From: Nemertoderma westbladi
Taxonomy: Eukaryota; Animalia; Xenacoelomorpha
NCBI GenBank assembly: GCA_032718475.1
Contig: JAUCBJ010000655.1
Coordinates: 1 to 32,169, forward strand
DNA length: 32,169 nucleotides
Reading direction: 5' to 3'
The position numbers were made by a program, and so were the translations under genes. The notes beneath the pieces were generated by a model, which did not search any database, had not been told where the DNA came from, and saw only the letters and a list, made by a program, of their open reading frames with translations. Position 1 is the stretch's first letter, and every line of letters starts with the position of its first letter. This document shows, piece after piece, positions 30,918 to 32,169 of this stretch.

Positions 30918-31421
30918 GTGGTAAAAACCCACCCTTCATGGTAAGTACCCACCCATTATGGTAAGTACCCACCCTTTATGGTAAGGGTCCACCCATTATG
31001 GTAAGTATCCACCCTTTATGGTAAGTACCCACCCTTTATGGTAAGGGCCCACCCTTTATGGTAAGTACCCACCCTTTATGGTAAGTACCCACCCATTATG
31101 GTAAGTGCCCACCCTTTATGGTAAGGGTCCACCCTTTATGGTAAGTACCCACCCTTTATGGTAAGTACCCACCCATTATGGTAAGTGCCCACCCTTTATG
31201 GTAAGAACCCACCCTTTATGGTAAGTGCCCACCCTTCATGGTAAGTACCCACCCATTATGGTAAGTACCCACCCTTTATGGTAAGGGTCCACCCTTTATG
31301 GTAAGTACCCACCCTTTATGGCAAGTACCCACCCATTATGGTAAGTGCCCACCGTTTATGGTAAAAACCCACCCTTTATGGTAAGTGCCCACCCTTCATG
31401 GTAAGTACCCACCCCTTCATG
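30918..31421. repeat. 20-bp minisatellite, ~25 copies
   Basis: Unit gtaagtacccaccctttatg in exact 20-bp register from 30921, with substitution variants. Confidence 0.97.
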
Positions 31422-32169
31422 CTTTCAACTTTGCCACTGCTCAACGTTTACAAATTTTGAATTGATTTGGACTCAAGGGCAAGGGTAGCAGAAATTATTA
31501 TTTATTTATTTATATTTGTTCCTCGATGTCATTAATTAGCAAGACTGGAAGATGTTTCCAGGTAAACAAAATATGTAGTAAAAATCATCAGGCGCCTTCC
31601 ATTGAAGATCAGTAAGATACCCAAATCAATTTATTATAATTTTTTAAATAAATATGTTACTTTAATTACATCCTTCTCCAGCTGTATATTTTATGGCTAA
31701 CTGTATATCACAAAGTACACAATATTATAATTATTAATACAGTATTATTATCCGTTCGGTAAATTTTAACGATTTTAAAACAAAAATGTAAAATGAGCTA
31801 CACGTGAATGAGGCAAACTATGAAAGCCTACAAATCCGATCATTTGGCACGAGTGTTGTACTGTAGTATCCAAGCAAAGCCAGGGCGGGTACTGTAGATA
31901 CTGTCTTCGTAACTAATTCAGTTTTGGCAATAAGAACTAGTTGTGAATGCAAACCTATATACAACAGTTTCATTTGATTTATTATTCTGAAACCAATCAT
32001 ATCGACCTACAAAGTGATTACCATCATTATTAATTAATTAGTCGAATGAAAGTAATACAGGTTTAAGGTGTCGGATTTATTGTATTTACAAATTAGTTCA
32101 CAAAATGATGATAATATATATTTGAATGCAAGAAGGTCTTCATGAATATACACCTGCACATTATCTGGC

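Noticed and set aside
30918-31421. Telomeric repeat
   Set aside because: Interstitial, degenerate 20-mer unlike animal TTAGGG/TTAGG repeats.

Overview
AT-rich animal (invertebrate-type) nuclear DNA; the species cannot be told from sequence alone. It carries three intact, strikingly intron-poor protein genes. (1) A TRPM channel (+) whose real 5' end I reconstruct as three small exons upstream of the listed ORF, including a GC-AG intron and a 24-nt microexon, followed by one 4.1-kb exon. (2) An intronless kinesin-3 of the KIF28/KLP-6 type (-) ending in a CaaX box. (3) An intronless short whirlin-like HHD-PDZ-PDZ scaffold (-). Each has an RFX X-box-like motif within about 230 bp of its start, suggesting a possible ciliary/sensory gene neighbourhood (inference). 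Also present: tRNA-Asn(GTT), a decayed RTE-group LINE arranged as a head-to-head foldback, a tRNA-derived SINE, MITE/Helitron-like relics, a 55-bp and a 20-bp tandem array, and a probable trypsin-family pseudogene at the left edge. No CRISPR or prokaryotic features were seen.
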